Positions 1 to 11,856 of a DNA stretch of 64,000 nucleotides are shown piece by piece. Position numbers and translations under genes: made by a program. The stretch is from Epiperipatus broadwayi. Its lineage: Eukaryota; Animalia; Onychophora. The stretch's first letter is position 1. Each line of letters opens with the position of its first letter. The stretch is taken from positions 11,098,001 to 11,162,000 of the forward strand of contig JAQFVV010000005.1 in the NCBI GenBank assembly GCA_028023455.1, read 5' to 3'. The notes beneath the pieces were generated by a model. The model saw nothing but the letters and a program-made list of their open reading frames with translations. It was not told the origin of the DNA and did not search any database.

Positions 1-279
1 ATATCTCTCTTCCATCGATAAAACTTGCTGGCGAATATTATCCTCTTTTATGTTTTAATTGTATCCAATATAGAGATGTAATTATTTCCGCTTCCAAAAA
101 TCCTTTAATCAAGCAATTTTTACTTCTATTTTATAATTTGAAATATAATTGTTTTCATTTGAAGCGCAACCTAACGGAAATGCATAGAAATTAGTATTAT
201 TTCTTAAGTTAAAAAAAAGAATTAAAATTTTTAAAGAAATAAATGCAACAAATAATAAAAAGTTTGCAATTTATGATAA

Positions 280-337
280 ACGTAGCTGCCTTCCAAGCAG
301 CTGGCCCGGGTTCGCATCCCGGTCAAAAATTTGACAT
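280..337 (+). pseudogene. 3' half of a tRNA-Gly(TCC)-derived repeat
   Basis: CGTAGCTGCCTTCCAAGCAGCTGGCCCGGGTTCGCATCCCGGTCAA matches the anticodon and T arms of metazoan tRNA-Gly(TCC). The 5' half is missing. It is followed by TTTGACAT, like the copy at 30.4 kb. Confidence 0.7.
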
Positions 338-540
338 ATGAAAAAAAAATTTTTTTTGCTGCTGGATGAACTATATTTAGTTTGCTATTATTATATATAA
401 TGGGTAATTCGAGATAAATATAGTGTAATTAAGATAGAAAACAATAACTTTCCTCATTTTCGAAGTGCTAACGTTATTACTAAACATAGAATGCGACATT
501 TGCGTAAAATGAACGTTATCAAACAATGCTAATCGGTAGT

Positions 541-1355
541 GTTGCATTGATGTGATGCACTGTGACTTCTTATAAGGAGTCAGGAATCTCTCAGCAACTA
601 TGCCCAGAGAAACCTGTTAGCCACTTTGAACCCCTTTCCATTCCCCGCCCCAAGTTTTCCCATATTCTTTTCTACCCTGCTTCATCCCATTTCCACAATA
701 TAATATTTGTCAACTCCATGGTCTTTAGATCTAAACCCCCCTTATCATTTTCCAAACCCAGCATAAAAACCAATAAACCATTTTCACTTTGTTCATATTT
801 ATTCTTTCCACAAATTCATTATTCGTATCCTTTCAGCTTTCAGGCATTTACATTCAATTAACAGATGCCTAATATTTTCTATGCCTTCCTTACACAGCTT
901 GCAGCCTAAATCACCCATATTTCTCCATTTACGTGTATATTCCCTTGTTAGTAAAGATCCCACTCAAGCCTTAAACAGTAAACTACTTTCCTTGCTATTA
1001 TCATAAATTAACTCATACCCAATATTCTGTTTACTTCTACAAATATTTAAACTCTTTTTACTCTCCAACTCCCTATTCTTTATTAATGCATCTATTCTAT
1101 CACATTCCTTACCACTATAATACTCAACAATTCTAACACAATCATCCCACCTTTTGTACAAGTATATTGACATAAATTCTTTATCCAAATCTGCACATCG
1201 CATTACCTTCCTCACCCATCTTATTACCTGCCCTTTATTCATAACCCAATTAAATACAATTTTGGCTATTCTTTTATTATCCATAAACTGCAATCTACTG
1301 AACATTTTCATTTTGCTTTTTGCATCCCTCATATGAAAACTTGATCATCACAATA
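541..1355 (-). mobile_element. LINE (non-LTR) 3' end: ORF2 C-terminus with CCHC knuckle, 3' UTR and short CATCA-type tail (copy 1)
   Basis: ORF 964..1332 ends YDNSKESSLLFKA and continues after a stop into CKLCKEGIENIRHLLIEC. Homologous copies lie at 48.5, 61.8 and 63.0 kb. Confidence 0.8.
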
Positions 1356-4300
1356 GCAAACCATATAGCAGCGCCATCAAGTGCAAGCCTTCACAATCAA
1401 TAATAGCCTAATGAGCATGCAGTGACATATATAATTTTCTAAATTGTATGAATAATAGGAAAATTTTCCTCATCTTTAACTCTCTGATAAAGGGCTGGAT
1501 CTCATATTAAAACAGAGCAACTTTTTTAAACAATTCTATTTTTTATTTTTTAAAAAGTAATTATTTCTCTTAATAACATCTGTAACTTAATTTCTTTTCC
1601 AAATTTTTTCTTCATATTGTGTAGTCATATCTAAGCTGCTTATCTATTTCTAAGATTTTATTCAATTCTTCTTATTTGCCTTCATAATTTCTTAATTCCA
1701 CTAATCCCCTATTCTTTGTATCTCTATATTGCTGATTTTATCTTTCAGCTTATTTTACCATCTTTCAAAAGTACATGTTTAAAATATCTTCTTTTTTTTT
1801 AATTTTCAGCCCTTATTGCATTAGAAAACTTCTAACAAGTAGAACAATGTTCTACTTTTATTAAAACTTGTCTCTCCATTGAAATTTTCACTTTGGTTTT
1901 TTCTCTTATAAGTTAACCCAATTCTTTTAATAGTTCCAAAATATTCTATATCTCCCTGTATAATGCTTACTGTTAATATTTTCTATTGTCTACTGGGTTT
2001 ATAGTAAAAGTTTTAATTGGGTTTATTCCAGCTCAAACTTTCTTCAAGCTTCAACAATTAAACTCCTCACAATCATCAGATTTGCTGATGTTATATATAT
2101 TGTAATGATCAGTTACTAATTCTTTTTGATCATGGAGGGCGCCACCATGTCACTAAGTACTGGAAAATTTGTTTACCATGATCAAAAATGAATGATGACG
2201 ATGATTTGTATCGACTAGACCTAGGGAGATAGTGAGATATTGTAACTATTGTTCAGATAATTGAGAAAATGAAACACATAGACAAACGTAAGCCAAAATA
2301 ATTTAAACTAATTTGAAAATTTTATTAAATTCAATAAATAAAATAAAACAAATCTACCAAACAGAGTACGAAAGTTTGACCTAGATTTTTATAAGTGTAT
2401 TCATCAGAGAGTATATATGAGTTCTGCAAATATTAAAACATTAAACGCTTTAGCAGAAAGGTTCGTTCTCTCACCTACAATTTAAAAGAGAATTAATAAT
2501 ATCTTTCTGCTGGCGATTTATAAAAACTAATTCTAGCTTCCTAATTCAGAGCTATAAAAACAATAAGGTCTTACGGGAAATCAACGAAACAGTGCTGGTG
2601 AGCATTTCTTGGCCTGGAATAAAACATCGAGACCAAGAACGACAATTGCCGGAAGGACAGCTCATGATATACCACGTTTAAGGCAATTCATGGTTGATTT
2701 CACATACAAGACAAAAAAAATATGACATTACAATCTTACGTAATCTGGAAACGACACAAAATCTCCAATTACAGAAAAACTAGAATAACAAAACAACAAA
2801 CCACCAGCCAAAAGATTTGCGGTTTGCAAGAAACGCAAATGTATTTACATTGAATTTCATTAAAATAAAAGAGGGAAAGGTGAGCAAAATGAAATTATGA
2901 AGTTTTGCCAAAGCATTTAGCAAGAGTTAGTAATAACAAATAAGTCATAGTACGCATATAAAATATAATCTCACAATACACTCCCCGATAAATAAAATTG
3001 AAAACAAACTTGGAATCTTAAAACTAATATTCCAAGACACACTATAAATATAATGAAAAGCAAATACATATAATTATGAGATTAAATAACTATTAAAACA
3101 ACAGATTTATTTTTAGATTGAGCGGAGATTTAATTAGAGATTTATATACGCTAGAAAGAATAATAAATATTTTTACCTTATGGTAAAGTGGAGTCCATGT
3201 AGTTTTTCAAAGAGTACACATTTATTTTTAAGTTCAACTTTCAGGTGTCTTCTCTTCATGGCGGCAGGATCCTTTCTAATTCAGACTTTCATGGCATGAC
3301 TGAAAGAACAGCTTAGAATTAGGAGTTCATCTCTAGGTAAGTTAACAAGGCATGTTGTAGATTTGAATACACGTAGTAGTAAATTTAATCGTCTTAGGAA
3401 AGCAAACAGACAATAATACGAAGTCCACTTAACAACAGGCAGCAGAATATATTTTATTAACAGCGTTCTGAGAATGAATACAGCAACTTTTTTTTTAAAA
3501 TATCTCCGGACTGCCAACACTATGAATCTCAGCAGGCTGATAGAAATGCGTAATAACGAATTGTAGAATAATAAAAAGCTGAATCACTCTCTTTCAAGCA
3601 GAATATGCTTGGACAAGCCAAGAATAATAAAAGTGTTCGAAATTTTTGGGGTTATTTATATCCTCTCTCTATCTCCCACATAATCTTTCTTGTTTACAAT
3701 TATAAGTCTTAGCCCAGGGCAAATCTCCCTCTCAACCTTAATTAATAATTCTAACCAGGGATTATCTTATTAAAAAAAAATTACAAAATTAAATCTCTGC
3801 TTTTAAAATTAAACTAAAAATGGATTGTAATTAAAATAAAAGAAACCGGAATGTAATTAACTTAACAAAATTAAAAGCTTTCTCAAAAAAAACAAAGATT
3901 AAAACTTTTAACTTGGAATGTTTTTACAATTTGATTTTTAAAAAAAAGGGTCAGAAGAAACTTATTTTAAACTAACAAAATTTGTTGAAGACAAAATTTA
4001 AAACCACAGAATTTTAAAATATAGCTGCATTTGTGCGCTATATCCTATAAAACTTTTAAATAACTTTATAAAAATAAAACTTGGTATTAATTTTGTGAAG
4101 GGATCATTGAAGCGGAGAAAGTCTCCATTTCAAATATATATGGCTAAATCATCAGATGCTGACATATCAGCAAAACCTATGAAATAAGTCATTTTATCCC
4201 CAATGTTAATTCTATCCTTATCTAAACAATTTTAAATTAACATCTCATAAATTAGTCAAAAACTGAACATTATTCCCACATATTATTAATTATTATTGAT

Positions 4301-4522
4301 GATAAATTGCTTTTTTTTAAAGCAATATATTCTAACATCTCAATATTACAACTTGGCCAGTTATTAAATCTAATGGTCATATGAATATATATATTCATAA
4401 ATTTTACCACATACAATAGTAAACTGTCCATACAGTAGTGCAACTCAGTGCAAACCAGAGTAATCAATGGATGGAAAAAGGTTTGTGCATAAAATCCCTA
4501 TCTAGTGACTACTCACCCAATA

Positions 4523-4566
4523 TCTCCAGACTAGTTTCTAGCTTGTGGTTTCATCAGTGAGGAGCC
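4523..4566 (-). ncRNA. Minimal type I hammerhead ribozyme motif (FB-A), catalytic core intact
   Basis: Reverse complement reads GCUCCUCA-CUGAUGA-AACCACAAGCUA-GAAA-CUAG-UC-UGGAGA. Stem II lacks one G relative to other copies. Confidence 0.65.
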
Positions 4567-4694
4567 TTGGCTCTGAAAGCACTGCACCTAGATCTTAGGA
4601 TCTAATGCAACCCGCCATCAGCCACCTTTTATTTTTTTAGTTAACTATAAAGTTTTGGGTCCAAAACGAAAACGCAATAAGGTTTTCAAGATAA

Positions 4695-4736
4695 ACTCAT
4701 TGATGTAAGCCATAAGCTAGAAACTAGTCTGGGGAT
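4695..4736 (+). ncRNA. Degenerate hammerhead motif (FB-A right arm)
   Basis: ACUCA-UUGAUGU-AAGCCAUAAGCUA-GAAA-CUAGUC-UGGGGA. The core heptamer has two substitutions. Confidence 0.5.
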
Positions 4737-5129
4737 ATTGGATGAGTAGGCACTAGCCAGGATTTTTACGTACAAACCTTCCTGCATCCATTGATTACTC
4801 TTGCTTGCACTGAGTAGTGCTAATGTGTGGAGAATTTTGCCTCTGTGAAAAACGGCTTGTGTAAGCATAAAGAATGGTGATCATGTGATGTTTGATGGTT
4901 CAATAGTAAACTAAATAGTGTGTAATTGCTTTCTCATTTATATTTGAAATATTGTTGCATTTTTGATATAACTATGATCAACTATTGTTAACATTGTCTT
5001 ATATCATAACTGCTCATTATTGATAGTAATACAATGACATTATTAAAAAATACACAAAAGGAGATAATTATAATAATAAAGAAACATAAAGACTTTCTAA
5101 TTAGACAAGAGAAATAAAAATAACAACAT

Positions 5130-7440
5130 TTATTTTATATTATTTATTTATTAAACAAATAATATAAATTTATATATAAAAAAAACTTTAGTGGAACTTG
5201 TGTGAGGAGTTATTCATAAGTATTATTCAATTAATTACAAAAGAAAAAGTATATACATTAATTATCTAAACATAACTTGTACAGATAATAACTTACAAGG
5301 ATTAATACAAAAAATAAATTATAAATATAAGAAATAGATATGAAAAGTTAATTACTCAAACACACAAAAAAAGAATGTATACACATTAATGAAGTACACA
5401 AGTACTAAAACAAGAATAATAATCATAATTATTATTATTATTATTATTATATGATTGTTTGTTGATAATACAATAACCAAAGTTTCAAACATTTTTTGAA
5501 CATATAAAAAGATAAATGGTCAACATCTATTGAGTAGTCAGAAACAAAAGAATTAAACAGTCTAAAACTATTATAACTAAATTTCCTATAACTACTTTCT
5601 AACTAAATATCTGTCAATGTTAATTGAAAATTCTTAGCTAAGTTGGTATTTATAACTAACACTTTTTGGCACAATAAGGAGCAGCGATAATATATATCAA
5701 TAATAATTTTATATTTATATAGTTTAAGAATAGATAGTACATAAGAATATACATAGATATCATGCACAGATGTAAGGCTAGGCTTATCAAAAATAATACA
5801 CATGCCATAATTTTACAAAGTCCTTAATAAGGATAGTGAGAACTTAATACAATTATCCCAAATGGAGATATATCATAATATACTTTAATAACAAGCAAAA
5901 TAAATAATCATCAAACTAGATCTAAGCAAGAATTTCATAAGAAAATAAAATAAGTAATTAATTTGAATAATTGAGATCATAAATAGGCAATATGTTTTAA
6001 CCATATCCTTGAATCAATCAAAAAAAAAAAACAACAACCAAACAACATTATCAACAAAAATGATACTACCACCCATATAAATTCTATTGGAATGAACACT
6101 ATATTTGCTACAATTACTGATACGAAATGAATGTGAAGATTATTTATAAAAAAATAGAATACTTCCTACTTTATTACAACTGACAGTTAAATAATTTATC
6201 ATAATCCAAATACTTTTTAATGCCAGATCTTTATTAATCACTTGCTCAAAAATATTGTATAAAGCAACATGACAAGACTGAGCATTATCATCAGCAAAAA
6301 CATAAATCACTTAATTCAAAGGTAAACTAAAAATATCATTCATATCTATTAACAATAATATAGGGCCAAGAACAAATCCCTGGAATTCCGTGATTAACAA
6401 ATCTAAAATCACTAATAATACCATGCATATCTTATTTTTTGTATTTTAGTTAACTTATTAACCAGGAAGTAAAATGATCTTGAAAACCATGTGAACTTGA
6501 TCAATGTACAAAAACTGCATGATTGCCAGAGTTAAATACTTTGGATAAATCCAAATAAGCAGCTGCTGTCTTGAGGCCCTTATCCAATGACAAGTATATG
6601 ATTATAAAGGGCATCCAAAGTACACTGTCAAGTAGCAAAACCAAATTGGTGTTCAGAAATCACTTTATATATATTCAAGTAGGATATCATTAACTATCAT
6701 CTCAAATAAATTATTAACTGAAGTGATTGAAATAGCCCTATAATTGCTAATTATTAATGGATCACCATTTTTAAAAATAGATGTAATAACACCAACTTTT
6801 AAACATTCAGGAAATAGATTAATAGATAAAAAAAAGATTAAATAATTAAAATAAAACAGATATAAAAGAAAAATTTTATTTTTAAGAATTTGTGAAGTTA
6901 ATTTATCTAAACCAGAAGAGTGAAGACCACCTTTATTTTCCAGTGAAACATACTTTGAAAATATATTAAACACTGACTGTAATAAACTACATCTTTCTTT
7001 AGAGTTAAGATTGCAAATAATTGATTAATATTCAATGATGAGATTAACCAATAATAAAAACAATTTGAATTAGTTTGAGCTTCTGAACAGTATTCTTGTA
7101 TTTGGAGTTGTAACTTGGTTAAAAATGTGAGCAAATAATGACTTCACAGACATGGAAAATTCTGAATGAAGTTTGACAATTATATTCCTTATCTATCAAT
7201 TATTAAAGAAATGAACACGGTATTGAATATATTAGCCCTAAAGGTTCTACTTATTTTCTATCATTCTATTTATACATCGTGCATGCACTGACAATATCAA
7301 AACATTTAAGGTAAGGTGAAAAATAAATGTTAAAATGAGCTCCAATACATCTTTAACAACCCTCATAGAAAACATTAAAGATATTTCTTTCTTATCTGGT
7401 TTTTTAATAGTTGAGTAGAAAGGTTTGAGTATTTTCCCAT
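5130..7440 (-). mobile_element. Decayed CR1/L2-type LINE reverse transcriptase and 3' end
   Basis: FPECLKVGVITSIFKNGDPLIISNYRAISI (ORF 6665..6973), then AYLDLSKVF and FADD-type motifs with stops and frameshifts. An AATAAATAAAT-type 3' end lies near 5130-5150. Boundaries are approximate. Confidence 0.75.
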
Positions 7441-8359
7441 CCATTTTTTACTCTTTTACCAAAATTAATATAACATACAATTACTGTACAATATTGGACT
7501 GTTAGTTGGGTTGACCCATGATGGCCACTTAACAAATTCCTAAACCTGGTTGCAATCTCAAAAAATGTTTAATCCTTATTACATTATGAAGTTTATCATT
7601 TGAGGATTGTGTGCTAAATACATCTGAACTCAAGTATTTCTGCTCTATGTGAGACAAAATATAATTAATATATTTTTAAAATATCTGAAGAGTTAAGCAA
7701 AAACAGTATTAGACTACAACAGGAGTAGGAAAACTTTTCTGACCATAGGACATGAATTTCTGTAAATTTAGCAGGCTGTATATGGTAAAATGTTTTATTT
7801 CCAGATGCATAAGATTCACTCATTACAGGAAAGTATTTTGATTATCTTGAAATTAACTTTATAAGTTTTCAAAATCTGTTTCAGGCAATTTTAGAATGAG
7901 GTCTGGTGTCATGCATGGATTTATCTAAATCGTCCCATATTTGGTCTAAAATATCATTAATAATAAAATATAATTTGTCATTATCCTATATAAGATATAT
8001 TTTAATACTTTATTTATTAAAGAAAGCTTTGCCATAATTGCATATCTATTAGTGTCTAAGAAACAAATGAAATGCTTGTACTACATTTTGCAATTTTCTG
8101 CTAGTCCATTATTATCCAAAAAGCTATTATTCATGTGTACTTTTTGAACTTTTTTTTTTTTTTTTAATCAATGCAAAGTTTCTCGAATGACTTTTAAGAT
8201 GATTTCCTGAAGGTTTGAGATGATGGTGTTTTAGTTATATTTATATGTTGGACTAGTTCCATCATCTAATAGGAGTATTGAATGTCTTTAGAAAAATTGA
8301 ACTTTATTTAAATATTCCAGATACATTCAACAGTTTGTAACAGCACACCAATTAATATA

Positions 8360-8400
8360 TGCATAATGTTTTGAGATATTCTCCCCTCTTCTTCAGGTGT
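8360..8400 (-). ncRNA. Degenerate PLE-type hammerhead motif (left pLTR)
   Basis: ACAC-CUGAAGA-AGAGGGGAGAAUAUCUC-AAAAC-AUU. The core heptamer is intact; G12 is replaced by A. Confidence 0.55.
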
Positions 8401-8403
8401 TGC

Positions 8404-8482
8404 TGGGAATTGAACCTGGTCCCTTTTATTTTTTGAGGATTGAATTTTAAAGTAATGCTCTAACCAACTGAGCCATCCTGCC
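8404..8482 (-). promoter_or_regulatory. tRNA-like Pol III head (A and B boxes) inside the left pLTR
   Basis: GGCAGGATGGCTCAGTTGGTTAGAGC...GGTTCAATTCCC. The 5' end resembles tRNA-Ile(AAT). A more degenerate second copy is at 8909-8984 (+). Confidence 0.65.
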
Positions 8483-8544
8483 AAAAGCAACAGTCAGTAG
8501 AAATTTCATATATTTATCTGAGGTTCCTCTTGATGTCTCCATTT

Positions 8545-8845
8545 GTGTGAAATGCCATATGAATGTGGAAGAACATATATTGGTGAAACCAGTTGTTCCA
8601 TTGAAAAGTACTTGCAAGAAATCAAACTGATGATTAGAAGAGAGAAAACATGTGTCTAAAGTAGCAGATGATATATGTACCAATGAACATATGTTCAATT
8701 GGGAAAATACAAAAATATTTGATAAAGAAAAGTTACAAACAAAATTTTAAAAAAGCTGCTCACATGACGATGACAAACAATTCCATAAGTCAACTTAGTG
8801 TGATAATACATAATGTATGGAAATCAACTTTGCTCTTAGAAAAAA
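8545..8845 (+). pseudogene. GIY-YIG endonuclease C-terminal remnant (Penelope-like)
   Basis: EMPYECGRTYIGETSCSIEKYLQE...SKVADDICTNEHMFNWENTKIFDKE...KAAH...ISQLSVIIHNVWKS across frameshifts. Confidence 0.75.
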
Positions 8846-9014
8846 AGTGGAGAAATCAGAAGGAATGTCATAGATGAGTATATGAAATTTCTAATGACTG
8901 TTGCCTATGGCAGGATGGCTGTTGCTTAGAGCATTACCTTAAAATTCAATACTCAAACAAAGTAAGAGTGTAGATTCGATTCCCATACTATTACTGTCAC
9001 TGGTCAGGCCAGCA

Positions 9015-9060
9015 ATACCAGAAGATGAGGGGAGAATAATATCTTTCAAAATGTTTTGCA
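9015..9060 (+). ncRNA. Degenerate PLE-type hammerhead motif (right pLTR)
   Basis: CAGAAGA-UGAGGGGAGAAUAAUAUCUUUC-AAAAUGUU. Together with the left copy it implies ancestral CUCGAAACGUU. Confidence 0.45.
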
Positions 9061-10041
9061 TGTACTAACGTGTTTGATATACTATTACTAACAGTTGAAT
9101 GTATTTGGATTATTTAAATAAAGTTAAATTTTTCTAAAAATATTCAATACTCGTATTAGATGATGGAAATAGTCCTATCTCAGTGTTCATATGTGTATAA
9201 TATTTGTATAATTGATAGCATTTTACAATATCAATTTAGTCTTCTTTAAATAAAATAGTTTGCATCAAATTCCATTATTTTTCATGGCAGCTTGTAACTT
9301 TGATATATTAAAGTAATACTTCAGAAAGTCCTTAACTTATGCAATTAATGTGTTTCACATGATTTTGAATAATCTGAAAATTGTGTGTATTAGTTGTTAC
9401 TATAGTTAAAACATGTTAATAATGCATATATTATTTAGAACAGTATGTTTCTACTAATAAATTTAAATTAACAAATATCTATTTAATAATTTTGCAATTA
9501 ATAACGTTTATTGGTTTTAATAAATGAAAAAAGATATTTATTTAACTTTTCATCTTTTTTTACTGTTAAATTGAATTACTATTTAACTTTGAATAATAGG
9601 GAAAACAAAATCTTTTACCATAAAACATTTTGTGCAAATAGAAGCCTCTGAAATTACTCTTCACAATTTTTATTTATTTATAAAATCTCATAATTTAATG
9701 GAAATCTTTTCCATAACATTTTATCATTGTGAATCCACTGACCAAAGATTGGCTCAATCTCTGACCAGTGAGATCAAAAAGTACAATCATGGGAAACTTA
9801 AATGTGAAATTATGAAGTATACAGTTTCACCAAATTATTTGTGGGTTTTTTTTAATTTTTTGATAATGAAATGGAAAATGAAAATACTATTGTGTGAATT
9901 ATTTATAAAAATGTTCATCATGCTATAGTTTCTCAAAAATTCACAAAGCTCTACTAAATGTAAATTTTAAAAGCTGGGGATATTACAGTTCCAAACAGGC
10001 TATTAACACATCCATAATCTTTGTTGATATTAGAAGTGATT

Positions 10042-11664
10042 TTTATTGTGCCAAGGCCAATTTGGCACATGTATATAAAATAATTTTGTCTACAAAAATT
10101 ATTAAAATAAAAAAATCTTTCGTAAAAGAGTTTGAAATAAAAGATTAAAAGTGGGAAGGGGTTTATCTTAAAGTCAAACTAAAAGTGTTATAAAAGAAAG
10201 TAAAGTTTTTTTAAATTAGTATTCATAAAAATAAGTAATTTAAAAAAAATATAAATCTCTTTTCATTCAAGCTTATTATAATAAATTATATATGTGCATG
10301 CAAGTGTAAATAAATGTATGCGTGTTAGAATAATATTAAATATATATATATATAAATGAAAGTTAAAAAAGTAATTATATTTGGAAAACACAGCGATGGC
10401 TATTAAGTTAAATAAAGATTTAAAATAACCACACCAGCGGTGGGCTACTAATTAAAGATATAAAAACAATATGTTTATGAAAGCTAATACTAATTAAACA
10501 ATCTTCAAAAACACGTCATAGGATTAATTACTAATGGAATTTCGACAACACCTATTGAACCTGTTGCCAGAGGATATTAAAACAAAAACAATTCGCATAC
10601 ATAAATAGCCGGATTTTTATCGGAGTTCAGTTTTTCAGTCTAGTTTGCAGGGACAGACTTGTTTCTGTTCAGATAACAGTGCAGTTTCTATTATGTATCC
10701 CGATACAAAAATGCATTGTTGAGCAGCTTTTGGAAATATACACTCGTGCTTCAGCCTTTTTGTCCAACAAGATCATCAAAACCTGCCTATGAAAAAATGT
10801 CTGCATAACAACTCAGAAATCCATCAAACTTTCAACTGTCTTCAAGAATAAAACCAATGGATTCGCATAAAATCTCTTCAAAAAATGTCCCAATCTAACC
10901 GGTTAGATATACTCCATGAGAAGCAGCCAACGACAAGCAATATCCACATTCCAAAAATCCTAGGTAAACATTTTATTATTATCATTTATACATAGTAGCC
11001 ACCACTGTAATTCGTCAATCTTACAGAGTAAAGTAGTTTGAACTCTTAAGCATGCATAAAATGAACTATTGATGTGCGTGTGTGGGAATGTAAGATAATT
11101 TAACAATGTCACATATTTATGCTTTTCACCAGATATATGTTATAATGTGTTAATTTAAAAATGTGCATGTATTAAATTAGATTATCAAGATGTTTAAATT
11201 TAGTAAATTAATGTTGGTTTATAAATTATCTTTAAAACTTAATTAATGTTGATTAAAATAAATTGTCTTCAAACTTAAACTTTATTTGTCAGTCAATTCT
11301 TTTTACCAACCTTTTTATTAATTCTTTCCACCCATAATTTTGTTATTGAATTAAAATTAGACAGCTAGTTTTAGGGAATGTTTCGAGCGCTGGATTATGA
11401 GCCTACTGCCTGAATACGTTAGTCATCAGACTAGCTGGTGCACCAGGGTTTACCCTGAAACAAATAAAGTATTTGGATAGTAGGGGTTTGAATCTAGCAG
11501 CCAAGGTGGGCCATTGTTGATAGTTAGTCTATCAATAAGATCTCCCGTTTTGCTCGAACGTGCCAGTTCGTTCACGTAACATTTATAGGATTATAAATTT
11601 ATTATGGAGTTTAAAACCAGCCAAAACTTATACATACGTAGTTTCAGTGGTTCAACCTGGTACA
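10042..11664 (+). repeat. 5' LTR
   Basis: Colinear with 12745-14388 and ends GGTACA. The start is eroded to TTTATTGTGCC. Confidence 0.9.
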
Positions 11665-11856
11665 TAAATGGTGCCCAATGTGGGGCGCCAGCTAGTCTGA
11701 TGACTAACATATTCGGGCAGTAGGCTCATAATCCAGCGCTCGAAACATTCCCTAAAACTAGCTGTCTAATTTTAATTCAATAACAAAATTATACAAAATT
11801 ATGGGTGGAAAGAATTAATAAAAAGGTTGGTAAAAAGAATTGACTGACAAATAAAG
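11280..11856. repeat. Long inverted repeat: U5-region 11280-11444 versus leader 11682-11856
   Basis: The reverse complement of 11682-11856 aligns almost base for base with 11280-11444 and with 13979-14155. Confidence 0.9.
11669..11686 (+). promoter_or_regulatory. Primer binding site for tRNA-Lys(CTT)
   Basis: TGGTGCCCAATGTGGGGC versus canonical TGGCGCCCAACGTGGGGC: 16/18, both changes are C>T at CpG. It lies 4 nt after the LTR end. Confidence 0.9.

Larger units (their letters stand above)
4415..4893. mobile_element. FB-A foldback element with a hammerhead motif in each arm
   Basis: Inverted arms at ~4415-4560 and ~4695-4850. The right end ATGGTGATCATGTGATGTTT is shared with other FB-A copies. 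Confidence 0.8.
8250..9175 (+). mobile_element. Penelope-like element: 5'-truncated GIY-YIG fragment between inverted pLTRs
   Basis: 8250-8545 is the reverse complement of 8845-9175. The enclosed sequence encodes GIY-YIG remnants. Confidence 0.75.
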
